Positions 24,399 to 37,796 of a stretch of 41,953 bases of DNA are shown one piece after another. The position numbers and the translations under genes are program-made. The notes under the pieces are model-generated. The model was not told where the DNA came from. It did not search any database and saw nothing but the letters and a program-made list of their open reading frames with translations. The stretch is from Bigelowiella natans CCMP2755 (lineage: Eukaryota; Protista; Cercozoa), in the NCBI GenBank assembly GCA_000320545.1, contig ADNK01000256.1:1-41953 (forward strand), in the 5' to 3' direction. Position 1 is the first letter of the stretch, and the number at the start of each line of letters is the position of its first letter.

Positions 24399-24855
24399 TT
24401 TGCAGAAATTCGGCACCTAAGTCGGAACTCAAGAAATCACCGAAAAGTTCGGGATTTCAACACCGCGACACAGTGGACCTCTTCTTCGCATGATGCAATG
24501 TGCAATAAACAAAGAAGGTAAAAAATGGCCTGGACAATAATAATTTAACGCTGGCATCATCGGCTTAAAACCCGGTCGTCCGGATCGCTGCTGTGCTGCT
24601 GCTCATTTAACCTCTAACGTGGTAATACATGTAATACAAACAAAACCTAATAAATTAATAAATCGTACTTATTTTTTGCCGGGATTTGATTGGGCGGGGA
24701 GTCTACTTTGCATGAATCTGGAGGAAACATGGTGATATAGGATCAAAATACAGGCGGTTTCTCTCGTAGGTTGACGTTGGTAGATATCGGGGGATTTCGT
24801 TCTGGCGCGAGCACCGTGCCTCAAAACCCAGACCCCAAACGCCGCACCAGCAGCC

Positions 24856-27385
24856 ATGCGTCCAACCATCCTACTCTCGCTCTGCGCTCTCAGCTTCGTT
24901 GGCTCAACCTGGAATAAGCATGGGAAAAAGCAGGACCTACGTAAGGTTCTGGACAACGTCAATGAAGAGGTCTTGTTGGGGACTTTCTCAATGTCAATAT
25001 GTCAATATCAATTTATCCGCTTGCGTGAACGCGTGAACCCATCATGTTAATCTTAATTGCTACCCCTGCATATACAGGGAGATATACCGAGTCCTGCCGG
25101 CAAGATAAATGATGGGGGTCCCAAGGTGGCAGCTGACATCGACCGAAACTCATTGGAGAATCTCTTAGGAAGCGTTGAACAGGAGAGTACCATCGATCCA
25201 GATTCCGTCGACGAATTGTCTTTTGCAGCCAATAATTTTCATTGGCACTTTCCGCATGGGCACAATCCGCACATACACTGGCCACATGGGCACATTCCTC
25301 ATGGTCATATACCTGTACCTGACCTAGATGCAGTAAGAAGAGCCTTGGAGGACGCAACGAGAAACGCTCAAAATGAGTTTAACAGATTGAAAGCTGAGGT
25401 TGAAGATAACGCCCGCAATGCTTACAACCAGATGAAAAGTACCAATGATATTTGGGAGAATCGCGTCCCATTTACAGATATCGTCTCTTTACCTGCTCAA
25501 TCTGTGATTAACCAATACGGAAACGTATTATCAGTTTTGAGGACATTGGCTAACAACGACTTTCCTTACAGTGCGCTGTCAACTTTCATAACAGGTAACA
25601 TGACGTGTGAATCCGCTCAAAACTACCAAATACCTATAGGAATAAATTTTGGAGATTTTCCTTCGCTGCCAACTCTCAAATACGAAAGCTTTAGCTATTG
25701 CCTGGCCCCCTCCCATGGAGGTTCATTCTCCAATATATCCAATGATACTATGGAAAGTCTTTCGAACTTCACAGCTCAAGTCCTTGGTGTCATCAGTCAG
25801 CAAACATCACTGTTGGAGATCCCTAAAACATCTTTAAGCAAGCTTAACCATGCAGCTACTAGCCGGCAGACCCAGAAGGCGCACGGCAAACATTCTCACA
25901 AGGCCAAAAGCCCTAAAACATCTCTGAGCAATCTTAACCATACAGCTACTAGCAAGCAGACCCAGAAGGCGCATAGCAAACATTCTAACGAGGTCAAAAG
26001 CAAGCAGAGTCATCAGGAATGCTTTACAAATTATGCAATAGTCTTCACCGTCGAGGCTCATCACTCAGGGGGACTCACTGGAGGAGGCGAGTTAGGCATT
26101 GCTGTGGGATGTGATGGTGTTCGAGTCCGTTCAGCCATCGTTTACGGTTACGGGCTTGTTCCTAAACTTCAAGGTGTGGGTCAAACCGCCGTTGTCAACA
26201 TGCGCTGGTTCTCAGATTGGGGATACCTTACGGGTTTTCACTTGGAATTGAAAAAACCCCCCACCATTGGGATTTCAGGATTTGAAGTTGCAGCTCTGAC
26301 AAACCTTCCTGTGGATAGACCTTTCGACTTTAATATTGAGACGAGTGCATTCTGCACCCCAACTGTTGAGCATTGCATCGATGTACCTATTGCAGGCCCT
26401 CAGTGCTTTAGGATTGACAAATTCTGCTTTAACGATATTCCCACCGGTCTCTCAGGGGATAGTTTGAACTGGTAGTTGAATATGATTTTCGCATCTTACA
26501 AATGTACTTTTTTTCTGACGGAAAAGCACCATGCATAGGTTTTTAACTGGGCTAAAATCCGCAACAGAGTACAATCCTGGTAAAGCCAACCCGACCAACG
26601 TAAACGCAGGTGGAATCAGACTGGGGATCACCAAATTTGAGATTGCAGTGGAACTAAACACAGGCACTGTGCTGCCGCCAACACGACACTCGGTTGAATG
26701 TGTCGACACTACTGTCCGTGGGGCGCAAGGATGGACCAATCGTGGATTTCACCCCGACATTAACGCTGCCCGTTCCACATGTGCCGGCTATACCAAATTC
26801 AGCGTTGAATGCCCCATCCCAGACAAGATGCATGTGTTCTGTCTCACGCACAATCAAGCTTCGATTGCTCCACCAATCAATCCTCTTGAATGCGAGGGGG
26901 TCCCATTTGTTCCGAATGCGGACTATTCCGGTCTGAATGGCGGGTCTAACGGACATTGCATTGGTCCTTATTTCGAGACATCTGGAGACATAGAATATGC
27001 GCTGGGGGGATGGCACCGCGGTGCACTGTATCCTACTTTAAATCCAATGTATAGGTGCATCGACACGAGGCAGAGGCATGCTCTTGGATGGCAGAGAGCC
27101 GGGGTGTACACAAATCTCTATGATTCCCGTGCAGCATGTGCAAGTCTAGGATACAACTTTATGTCGATAGAATGTCCTCAACATGGAAGTTTTGAGGTTT
27201 GGTGCTTGCCTGACAGTGGTGTAGATCCCGCGAGGACACTTGGAGACGCCGAATGCCGCGGGCACGCACACGACCATGAACTCGGTTCAAACGTCCACTG
27301 TGTAGGTCCTTATCTTCGAGATGAGGATGGAAACGAGAATCCCTTGGGTGGGTCATGGCGAGGTGCAGTCTATCGAATTAATTAA
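24856..27385 (+). CDS. Secreted protein (about 776 aa): signal peptide, His-Pro-rich patch, coiled coil, two tandem 6-Cys C-terminal domains
   Basis: Exons 24856-24945, 25078-26471, 26539-27385 (2331 nt, in frame) join the 472-aa and 284-aa ORFs; N-terminus MRPTILLSLCALSFVGS. Confidence 0.8.
25821..26000 (+). repeat. Imperfect tandem duplication of a 90-nt (30-codon) unit inside the CDS
   Basis: ccctaaaacatct... at 25821 and 25911; PKTSLSKLNHAATSRQTQKAHGKHSHKAKS / PKTSLSNLNHTATSKQTQKAHSKHSNEVKS. Confidence 0.95.
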
Positions 27386-28265
27386 GGTGCAAGCGTGCTG
27401 AAAATTGCACATTAAATCTTCAAACAATTGATGTGAAACAACATGAATGGATCTTCAATAGAATGAAGTTCGTCACACACAAGATAATCCCACTTTCAGT
27501 TTTTTCCCAGAAGAGCATCAACGAATCCTAATCTGTGCTCTTGTCACATCTGATCGAAATTCATCTCCACCAGAAATTGTTCAAGCTAATGATCATGGTT
27601 CGGAGAGTGCTGAACTTGTGTTCATCAGCATACCTAGCCGCGCGTTTTTCGAATACACTCGCCACCGCGGTGAGTACGTGTGCTTGCAACTGCGCAAACG
27701 GAGCAATTATTTTTCTCGATCCTATATGCATAGAAAGCTTCAAATATAATAAATGAAATTGCTATTATCACTATAAGAGAATTGATTGAAACTTCTGAAA
27801 TTTACTTTGAACCAAATGAGTCATGCTGCAAAGCTGTGCTTTGCACAGCTTTCATCTAGTTCATGTCAACAACACTGCTTGTACGTAGCTGAGCTTGTTC
27901 ATTTTTGAATAAATTATTGTTTTCATCAAGTTATAGCGACGTTTTAAGTATATGTACACGTGCGCGCAGCATGCGCACAAGCCACATACCCCACGTTAAA
28001 GCTGCGGGCCAAGCTAGCAAGACTAGAAGATAAATATTAGCGTTTATTGTCACGGTGCACAGTGCATGTCGGGCCAGTTGCAATGCACTTGCTAGGCGAA
28101 GCTACTTGCCCCAGATGTAAGCACATCTAGACATTCTAGCATCGCCCTTTAGAGGACTAGAGGACCACAAATGAAATGGAATTCAAATGCTCAAGTTTAT
28201 GAGTAGGTCAACAAGTATGAAAAATGCTTCCAAACTTTCACATCGATGTTAATAAGATATGATGA

Positions 28266-29080
28266 CTACATAATCCGCAATAGATTCTCTAGCTCTAAAT
28301 TCTGTTCTTCCAGTGGCACCTTCTGTTTCATCCGGTGCTGGTTCATCTCGCCTCTCCCTCGCGAATCTTCTTTGGCATCGTTGTGCCCGCCAGATTGCTT
28401 TGGGCGGTATGTAACATTTTTCTTAGTGTTTGTCGACTGAGAGTATTTTATAGAGTTTTGTGATCGAGATTTCCCATTAACCGTTTGAGCAGATTCTGCA
28501 TCTAACGACGATGTGGATGCTGACGGATCTGATACAACCAACGACGCTTTGAGACGAAACTGTCCTGCAGCTGTAGTGACAGCTGGATGCTGTTCTATAT
28601 CTGGTAAAATTTGAAACTGCTTTATGGGAGGATAGTCTCTCGGATCAAAAGACCCTGGAATATCATTTTCAGTCGTTGATACCGATGTCAAAGATTTCCC
28701 ACTTGCAATCCTTTCTATCTTAGCACCGCCTTGAGTACCACTACTGTATCGCTCCCCACCTACAGTTTTGAACCTATTTTGTTTGGCTTTCTCAGGAAAC
28801 GACGAGCTCCTTAGTTTGGGCTTTGGTGCTACAGTTGAGTCATTATTGCTGTTGCTTTCGCCGGTACTTGTGGATGCCTCAATCGTGCTAGCTTCTGTTA
28901 GCACGGATTCCTTATTGTCATCGAAGTAGTTGGTGACTTCAGCAAGGGCCTTTGGATTTTCTTTATACTCTTGGACTATGAACAAGAATGGAATATTTAG
29001 ATATGATACATTATATATCATTACAGTAAAACAGTCACTTAACTACATCTGTTACATCCTACCCCCCCCCCCCCTTTCCT

Positions 29081-29126
<46 letters not shown>

Positions 29127-29986
29127 AACACTCGCCCTAAACACTCACGAACTAATCACGGTAGGAACAACATCATATTGTAGCATTATCTACACAATTA
29201 AATCAACCCGTGAAAAGCGTAGACGAGTCAACGCTTGAAAGATCTTTCCCACTTTGCTGTTCCTGGCCACCCAACTTCGCATCAACGACCAGCCTTTCAG
29301 AAAATCTGACCTCCTCTCCTGCAGACTCTGCGTATTCAACTGGTATGTTGCGTTCCTTATTTTTGTAGGCTCTTCGTGGAGTATCAACCATTGTAAATCG
29401 AGGGTTGATATTGGATATTCTTATTTTAGCGTGGTCTTCGCCTCCTCGGGGAGTACGACTACTCGTGATGATGATGCCACTTTTTGCAGTAGATTCTTCT
29501 TTATTTTTGATGATACTACTTGTTGCAGTAGATTCTCCTTTGATTTTATCTGATGATAATACCCCGCTGCTAGCTTCTTTCTCGATGGAAGCTGACAGTC
29601 CTTGCTTTCTGTTGCCCTTCGATTTCTCGCTGTCTTTTCCTCCCAAAATCTGACGGAATCTGAGACCATCCATCCCAAAAAAATGGCTGCTCGCTGTGAT
29701 TCCCACTTTCTCTTCTTCTTTTTCTGCCAAGTCGTCGGTCTTTCTCGAAGCTAAATGGATCTGTTCACTTGCATTCTCAATAAGATTTTCTACCTTCGCA
29801 AACTGTCCCAGAACGGAGTCCCTGCGATCATCAAACAACGAACTCATTCCCATCATTAATCAAAAGGAGCGATTTGGTTTACATTTCCGATCCAGTTGTC
29901 GTCTCGCCGCTTACAGCCACTATCAACCCAAACGCTAATACTGTCAGCATCAGGGCACTCCCTTCCGGCTGCCGTCCAGCGCTCAT
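28266..29986 (-). CDS. Secreted S/T/E/K-rich low-complexity hypothetical protein (about 475 aa)
   Basis: Exons 29986-29883, 29821-29208, 28975-28266 (1428 nt, in frame) join the 217-aa and 251-aa ORFs behind a signal-like segment LMLTVLAFGLIVAVSG. Confidence 0.65.
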
Positions 29987-30198
29987 CACCGGGCCTTCCC
30001 TGAACGGCGAACGTGCGCCTGGTGTCCTCAGCACAGGGAGGAGGGGGCTGAAGTTCAAAATTCGAATAATAACAGGCCGACAAATTTTCAGCCATTTTTT
30101 TAGTTTTTCGCTTAGCACAATCCTATTTACACATGCGACATGAAAAACAGGATGAAATCGATAAAATTGTGAGAAGAACATCGTGTCGTACATAAAAA

Positions 30199-30568
30199 AT
30201 GGAGGAACCATATTCGGAAACAACTACCCCTAGATCTATGTCCTCCCCCACCTCCGCACACGAGAGCGAGGAGGGTGCTAGCAGCACCTCTACAGGACCC
30301 GCGAACGCATCTCCACTCCCTATCACGTCAATTTCCGATGTGTTCTCGTACAAGTCGCTTGTGCATGCCATTGCGGGAGCTACAGGTGGAGTGTCGGCCA
30401 TCTCCGTCTTTTTTCCGTTGAACACGGCTCGAATCCGAATCCAGGTGGAATTATTCACAAGGGATGACATCAGGGGAAGCTATGGCAGATGATCAGCATT
30501 CATGAGTTATTCGTATCACATGTAGAAATGTTCAAATGTAAATGATGAGTCCCTCATCATCGAGAGTG

Positions 30569-30604
<36 letters not shown>

Positions 30605-32255
30605 TGATCCCAACTCCACTATGGATGGATAATTAAGGTTGCCAGCAGTGAAGATGCTAAATCTCTCCTTCAAACTATACGCGATGCAATTGAGGACGAT
30701 GGGTTCCTATCATTGTACCAGGTCAGCACAAAGTGATCTATCCCCCCCACTAAGATGCACGCCCCCCTGCTAGAAACGTCACTTCTTAACTATGTTCGTT
30801 ATCATCACCAATGTTCATCGTCCTAATTAGGGCTGGAAATCAGCGGTTTTGGCGATAGGCGCGTCAAATTTCGTATACTTTTATACCTATAATCTTCTCA
30901 AGGTTGAACATAAAGCTCGTCGACCTATTGATATTCCGTTGACACGCCTTCCGTTCTCTAACCCTTTGAATTTCGCAGCTGGCGTATCGTAATAAAACCG
31001 GAAGGAAGAATCTAAGTGTGCGCGCAAATCTAGTGATCGCTTCGTTGGCGGGTATCGTGAACGTACTGCTCACTTCTCCCATCTGGACGGTCAACACACG
31101 ACTTGTCGTCCAACGGAAGAAGGTAGGGTTGCTGGGAACCATGACATGTCACTATGCAGGCACCAAAGAATAAAGAGAGAGAGAGGGAGGGGGGGGGCGG
31201 GGAATGAATATCTAAAGATTTTGTCGAAGATGAAGAAGATCAAAGTTTACAATTCCCTCCCTGCCCGAAACAGAGCATGAAAGGAAGCGCGTCCTCCAAC
31301 TACGAGGTAGGCAACACCACCTGCTCTTGTTCCCCCCACCAAAAATATCATCGTTCGGGAATCTGTACGCATCAATTAATCCGAGAGACAGCAAAGAGTA
31401 CTAAGAATGTTAGAGTTGCTCATGCACGCTAAAGCGCTGGCCCCCCCCCACGCCTCGATATGATTGTGTTCACGTACTGGTCACAGGGAGTGATGGATGC
31501 CTTCCGTAGTATTGTAAAGAAAGAAGGGCTCGGAGGTAGTAGTAGTAGTAGTAGTAGCAGTAGCAGTAAACAACTGAAAGCTGACCTCATATTTGGTGCC
31601 ACTACTACCATTGTTACTACTAAGAAGGAAGTATCTTTATCAGAATTATCATTTATCATGATTCATCATGTTCTTAGGTTTATGGTCAGGCGTAGTACCC
31701 AGCCTCTGGCTCGTGAGTAATCCCTCTGTGCAGGTTGCTGTGCGTATGTGTGCTGCCGTTAGCTACATATATATGTATTTGCGTGTTTAGGGCGGGTGGG
31801 GGGGAGGCAAAATAAGAACGACAAAGATAAGACTTTACCATAACATTTCGTCGGGAGACATGGATTAGATGACGAGTACTGCATTGTTGGTGTTGTTTGT
31901 TGTTATTTTGGTGGTGGTGCAATGTACCCAGTATACGGTGTACGAGAACATAAGGGTACTAGTCGAGAAGATCGCGTTGAAAAGGTGTGCGACGACAGGC
32001 TACTACCGCACATCATAAGCACTTTTCCTTTGGCAAAATCCAAGATCAATTATACACTCGCATCGCTATGTTCCTATGCTATGTAATTCTGTACAATTAT
32101 GGTCATAATCCTTTGAATGCGAAGACAACTACGGCTTGGTGTTGGTGGTGGTGATGATGATGATGATAATCACGTTTCACATCCATCAGGAACCGGCGTA
32201 TCACACCTCTGGAGTTCTTTCTGATGGGCGCTGTAGCGAAAGTATGGAAAGAGAT

Positions 32256-32286
<31 letters not shown>

Positions 32287-32834
32287 AAGAAGAAAAGCGG
32301 GAACAGGAAACTAGAAAGGATGACTTTTAGGATCATCATTCAGTATCATCCACCCATTCATTGATTTACCATCATCAATTTCTTTTCTTCTAGGCCTGTG
32401 CTACTATAACGACATATCCGATACAACTCGCCCAGGTAGTAGTAACTTGGTACTGCCTGCTGCTGGTGGTGGTGGTGGTGGTGCATCACCTCAGAATATA
32501 GGGAAAAAACCAAAAACAAGAAGCAATGACCAACGGCACAATAAACGATAAGATAGCATCATGAATACAGAGCAGTACGGAATAAATTCCACGAGATGAA
32601 GCACAAGGATGCTTAATATGCTTCAAACGACTCATTTACCAAAACGAATATTAAATCCCTCGTGTAGACGAAGCTGCGTGCGGATAAGAAGAAGCAGTAC
32701 AAAGGCACGCTGGACGTCCTCGCCAAGATATTTTCAAAGTCTGGGGTGAAAGGGCTATATCAGGTGAGCGGAGACCTCATCATTATCATCGTAGATTCCT
32801 CGGATTTCAGGGGGGTTATTATCAGCAGCACCAA

Positions 32835-32883
<49 letters not shown>

Positions 32884-32930
32884 GTATAATACAGCAGCAG
32901 TAGGAACAACTATAGCAAATGTGTCACCTT

Positions 32931-32965
<35 letters not shown>

Positions 32966-33258
32966 TTTTCATGTGGTGAAGGGAGTCACGGCGAAGCTGT
33001 GGCAGACCGTTATCACAGCAGCCTTCCAATTCCTTACTTACGAGGAGGTAGTACATATATACGGAGTACCTACTTCCAAACGATTATTTCAAAAAGACGC
33101 AAGACGACAAGCACCACAAATTGGGCTTTGCGATGGGGGCCATCACAAATGAGCGACTTCGCTTTCTAAATCCGGAATCAAACTATTTTCTGTGGGGATC
33201 TGTCTATGCATCCCCATCTCTTTATACCTGCTGTACTACTGTGATACACCAGAGAAGA

Positions 33259-33292
<34 letters not shown>

Positions 33293-33421
33293 ATGGCAGA
33301 TTTATACATCTCCGTTCATTAAAAAACATGCACGTTTGTTCAACAAATGCATAACCAACAACAGGTTAAGTTCCTAGTATTCTTGTTTCTGCTGGGCCCC
33401 AAGAAGAAGAATATTAGTTAG
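30199..33421 (+). CDS. SLC25A17: Peroxisomal membrane carrier PMP34 (SLC25A17-like)
   Basis: Multi-exon: [35 protein letters not shown]|V...[10 protein letters not shown]...[19 protein letters not shown]...[19 protein letters not shown]|YTVYE...FFLMGAVAK|[14 protein letters not shown]...[22 protein letters not shown]|[18 protein letters not shown]. These are characteristic PMP34 motifs. Confidence 0.92.
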
Positions 33422-34263
33422 AATGGCACAGGAGGTCTCATGAAGGAGATCATCTTGACGACCGTCGCGCATATGCACGGATGTTACCTGGACTTATATC
33501 CACGCCGTCATGGCATTTAAGCATGAAAAAAGAAATTCAGTTTAAATAGATTTCGCACTCTGTATGTAAAGTCTTGTGAGCGTCCATTAGGAGCACCTAA
33601 TTATGACGTATACTCATCACATAATACAGTTGTGATCATGCATGCAGATAACATATACGCAATTATCGCCATAGCATGCTGCTGGTGTGTAAAGTAAGCT
33701 ATCATATGTTATCTAGAGATATAGCTAATGGCGTGGTTAACATTGTCGTTCTCATGTGTCAGCTGCCAGTCTAGCAGTAGCCACTTTATTGGTCCACAAC
33801 AGATATATCTATAATATAGCTGCATGCACGTCACGCACAAAAATGTCTAAGGAGAAGCTACTGGGCACTACATATACGCCACGCTATCATAGCACGCGCG
33901 CTCGCTCCGCATCGATTTACGTGCTGTGGCTGCGTGTTCGAAATGCCAGAGTGAGCTGTAGCAACCCATCCGGAAACACAATAGATGTATGATGTAGCTA
34001 GATAGGGCGGCATGCAAACACATACATGCGTATCAAGTGCCCAACTGCTAGCAACAATCGCGTAACTAGATATATGCAGCTGGTGTACAGCGTATACTAA
34101 TGTGATTTGTAGGCTGAATGAATGTATGCATTTTCTACAAACATGACGCTGCCTAGTAGCTAGACTGCGTCTTCTAGAAGCCGTATCGAGGAATCTCGTC
34201 AACAATCTTTCGCGCTACGATATTCATTCACTGATGTGTTTTCCCAAGGATTCATCCGAATTT

Positions 34264-35135
34264 CTATTGACCAGCGGAACCTCTCCTTCCCGTGATGGCT
34301 GGAGACCCCCCCCCTCCACCTGCAGTCGCTGGCATCTCTTCTCTCTGCTGCTTTGCGAATCCGATGAACACCTGCTCTAACGTGGTTTGACTGAGGGAAT
34401 AGTCCTTGATTTGGAGGCGGCGCTTGTTTAGCTCAAGCGCGGCGAAGATCTGCGAGAGTGACACGCCGATCTTGGGCAGTAGAAAGCGCAGCTTGCCGTT
34501 AAACGCCTGTACCTGCTCGGCCTCGGGGCAGATCTCCTCGGTGATGAAGGCCTTGACGCGACGAATGGCGGGCTGGTGGGGTTCGGTGTGGATCTCCATG
34601 TGGTAGCCGGTACCGTAGCGGCTCTTGAGGTGCTGCGCGCTGCCCAGGCACTGCAGCTGGCCGTTGACCAGTATGCCGAGTCTGGTGCAGAGCGCATCCG
34701 CCTCCTCCATCGAATGCGTAGTGAGCAAGACGGAGCGATGGCGGGTGGCAGCGCGGATTACGTTCCATAGGCCGCGCCGCGCCACAGGGTCCATACCGGT
34801 TGAAGGCTCGTCCAGAAGCATCACCTCCGGCCACCCCAGCATCGCTATAGCGCAGCTTAACTTTCGCTTATTCCCACCAGAATATTCATTCGTGAATTTA
34901 TCCGCGTGCTCGCCCAGCCCCAAAGCTTGGAGAGCTGCTGCCACAACGCGGTCGCGCAGACGGGAGGGAAGGCCGCGGATCCGAGCATACCTAATGATGA
35001 GCACCCCCAACATCAGTTTACAGGAAGGTAATATAGGCATGAATGTATGTATGCATGCATTGCTTTAACGAATACACACACATAGAGTTCAACATGCGAG
35101 ATCAATATCAGCTACACCTTTATGCTGGTAATCAC

Positions 35136-35171
<36 letters not shown>

Positions 35172-36032
35172 GTCCTACATATGAAGGTGCTCTCGCCCCG
35201 TCATCTGCTCAACGAGCGCGTCCGTCTGCAAGCACACGCCGAGGCTCTGATACACTTGGGTCATTTGTGTGGCGATATCGTGTCCAGCCACCCACGCCCT
35301 GCCGGAGGAAGGCACCTCCTCGCCGATGAGCATCTTGATCGTTGTGCTCTTGCCAGCCCCATTTGGCCCGAGTAGGCCGAAGCACTCTCCTGATTGCATC
35401 GCCAAAGACAGACGATCCACCGCAATCTTCACACCAGCGCCACCATCACCTCCGCTTGTAGACACGCCTCCCGCGCCTCTTCTTCTACTGATATTGTTGC
35501 CTCTGCCATTGTTCCCGATGTTGCTTCCACCATCAGCACGACTGTTACGACTGCCATTGAAAGCACCCGTTGGCTGCCCACCCCCACTATTGCCCTGATG
35601 CTGCTGCTGGTGCTGCTGGTTGACGCCTCCTGTTCCTGGAAACTCCTTTCGCAGGTCAAGGAGGATGAGGGGCGAAGGCGATGATGATGATGAGGAGGAC
35701 GACATCATTGAAGAGGAGAGTAGGGAGGCTTTGCTTTCAGTGTTGTGCTGGTTTTGGAGGCTACTTGTTTTCTGGTCTTGCTCGTCATTATCGTAGGCCT
35801 TGCTTTCTTCTTCTTCTTCTTGGAAGCTGCCTTCCAATGGCCTTGTGACTTCCTTGCGATCGTTACTTCCACTGTTCTGCTCCGCCCTTCTCCTCCTCCT
35901 CCTCCTAACCCCTTGACCCTCTTCTTCACCATCTACAAGCAGTCCCTGAGCAAGGTGCCGGACACGGGCTCTTTCCCTTACAACATCTTGATTCTCCATC
36001 ATTATCATGGTACCTCCTCCCATCGCTGCTAC

Positions 36033-36067
<35 letters not shown>

Positions 36068-37756
36068 CCCGTTGAGTCCCACCAGCCGTCATTCCTCTAC
36101 TACTACTACTACTACTGCGGTGCTGGGGGGCTTGCTTCGAGCAGCACGGGAGCATTCTTCTCTCCAGCGCATATAGCAGAAACGATGCCACGACGCTCCA
36201 AAAGCTCATCCAGAAGAGCACGCCGCCAAGCCTTGAGGCACTGAAGAGGACGGCCCAGTCGTCATCATTATCGAGGTTATTGTCCCCGCTCCGCGTGGGG
36301 AAAGGGGAGGAAGAGGAATCGGCAGAATCAGCGGCTGTCAGACGCTCTCTTCGCAGCTCCCTCGACTCGATGAACATAACTAGTTCATAGAGGCCGAGCA
36401 TAAGGGAGTAGGGAGGGACGCAGCACATCGCACCGATCCCAAGGAACCAGTTTAATTGATCTTGGAAGGACAAGGACGAAAATGACGGGCCCGGGGCGCC
36501 ACCACTCCCTTCGTGTGGAGGGCGCGCGAACACGGTGAAGAAGAAGAGGGGCATCGAGCCCCACACATTGAGCATGCTGACTACGGTCTGCGCCGTGATG
36601 GTCTTCTCGAAGCACCAGCTAAGCACAAAGATGACCAAAGTTGCTTCAACAGCGAACAAACCGAATATGCTCAGGGAGGCGGTGAGAATGGCTGGCTCCG
36701 TCGCGTGGCCATCGCCATTGCCTGTAAGTGTTGGCTCGTTGAACGCCGCGAACAGCGCGTATGTGAGGCCTACGGGGATACCGTATAGCGCAAAATCAAC
36801 GAGAAGATTGGAACCCCAGTAGGCGTACGCTGGCACGCCGCTGATGCGGAACTGAAGCATAACCTTCCTCTCCTTCTCGCGGAGTACATTCACAAGGGAT
36901 GTGATTGGGATGCTAGCGAAGCAAATGCCTAGAGAGATTGCCACAAGGCAAGCCCTGGTCATCGCCTCCATTCTCCCACCAACAGCCGTGTGGTACGGTA
37001 GTGGGAAGCTTGCGACGTTGATACTCCACGAGTTGGTACTGGAGGAGGAGGACGGCTGCTCGCACACGCGCGCGGTTGATGACCCATCATTGTCACTCTG
37101 CGTTTTCTCCGCTCCATTTGCCCTCTTTGTCGTGTCTTTCTTCCTCGCCCACCACCGCCACCATGTGCTGCTTCTTGAAGGCACAGCTGAACCTCCCTTT
37201 TCTTTCTCCTTTCCGAGCTGCTGCTGTTGCTGTTCTTGCTCCTGCTGATGATGATGATGCCGTTGGGTTTTGAAGAGGAGGTAGGCATTATATGCAGCGC
37301 TTAGAAGCCGTGGAAAGGCGTGCTGGGTGGAGGAATTCCGCATCAGCACCAGATCAAGATGCTTCGACTCGAAATGGGAAACAAATACGGACGTATAGTA
37401 AGCCTCCTGGTCGGTAGCTGCTGATAAGGAAGAAGAGGCCAGATACTTGGAGAATTCTAGTTGTGCGCGCTTCGAGGGCAGTGCTGGATTTGGCGGGTAT
37501 GGCACAAAGGGTAGTGGAGCCATCGGCCCTATAATCGAGAGAAGATGGCGTTAATCATGAATGCTATCTTACGATGCGATGATGATGAGGGTGCTGCTGC
37601 TGATGATGGTGATTGTGAACTGATGATTCATTAACAAGAGAGATTTTGATTGAGGCAAAGGATAACACTTTATCAACACAAATTAGGCGTATCTGCTCTC
37701 ATCATCTTCATATGCAAAGCCGCAAAGTAGCAAGCAACCATACATAACACACACAA

Positions 37757-37796
<40 letters not shown>

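Noticed and set aside
27830-27852. Perfect 10-bp hairpin aaagctgtgc-ttt-gcacagcttt
   Set aside because: A single short inverted repeat inside a palindrome-rich spacer, with no TIR/TSD structure or RNA family match.
34406-37273. Long plus-strand ORFs overlapping the ABCA gene
   Set aside because: Antisense shadows of GC-rich coding sequence.
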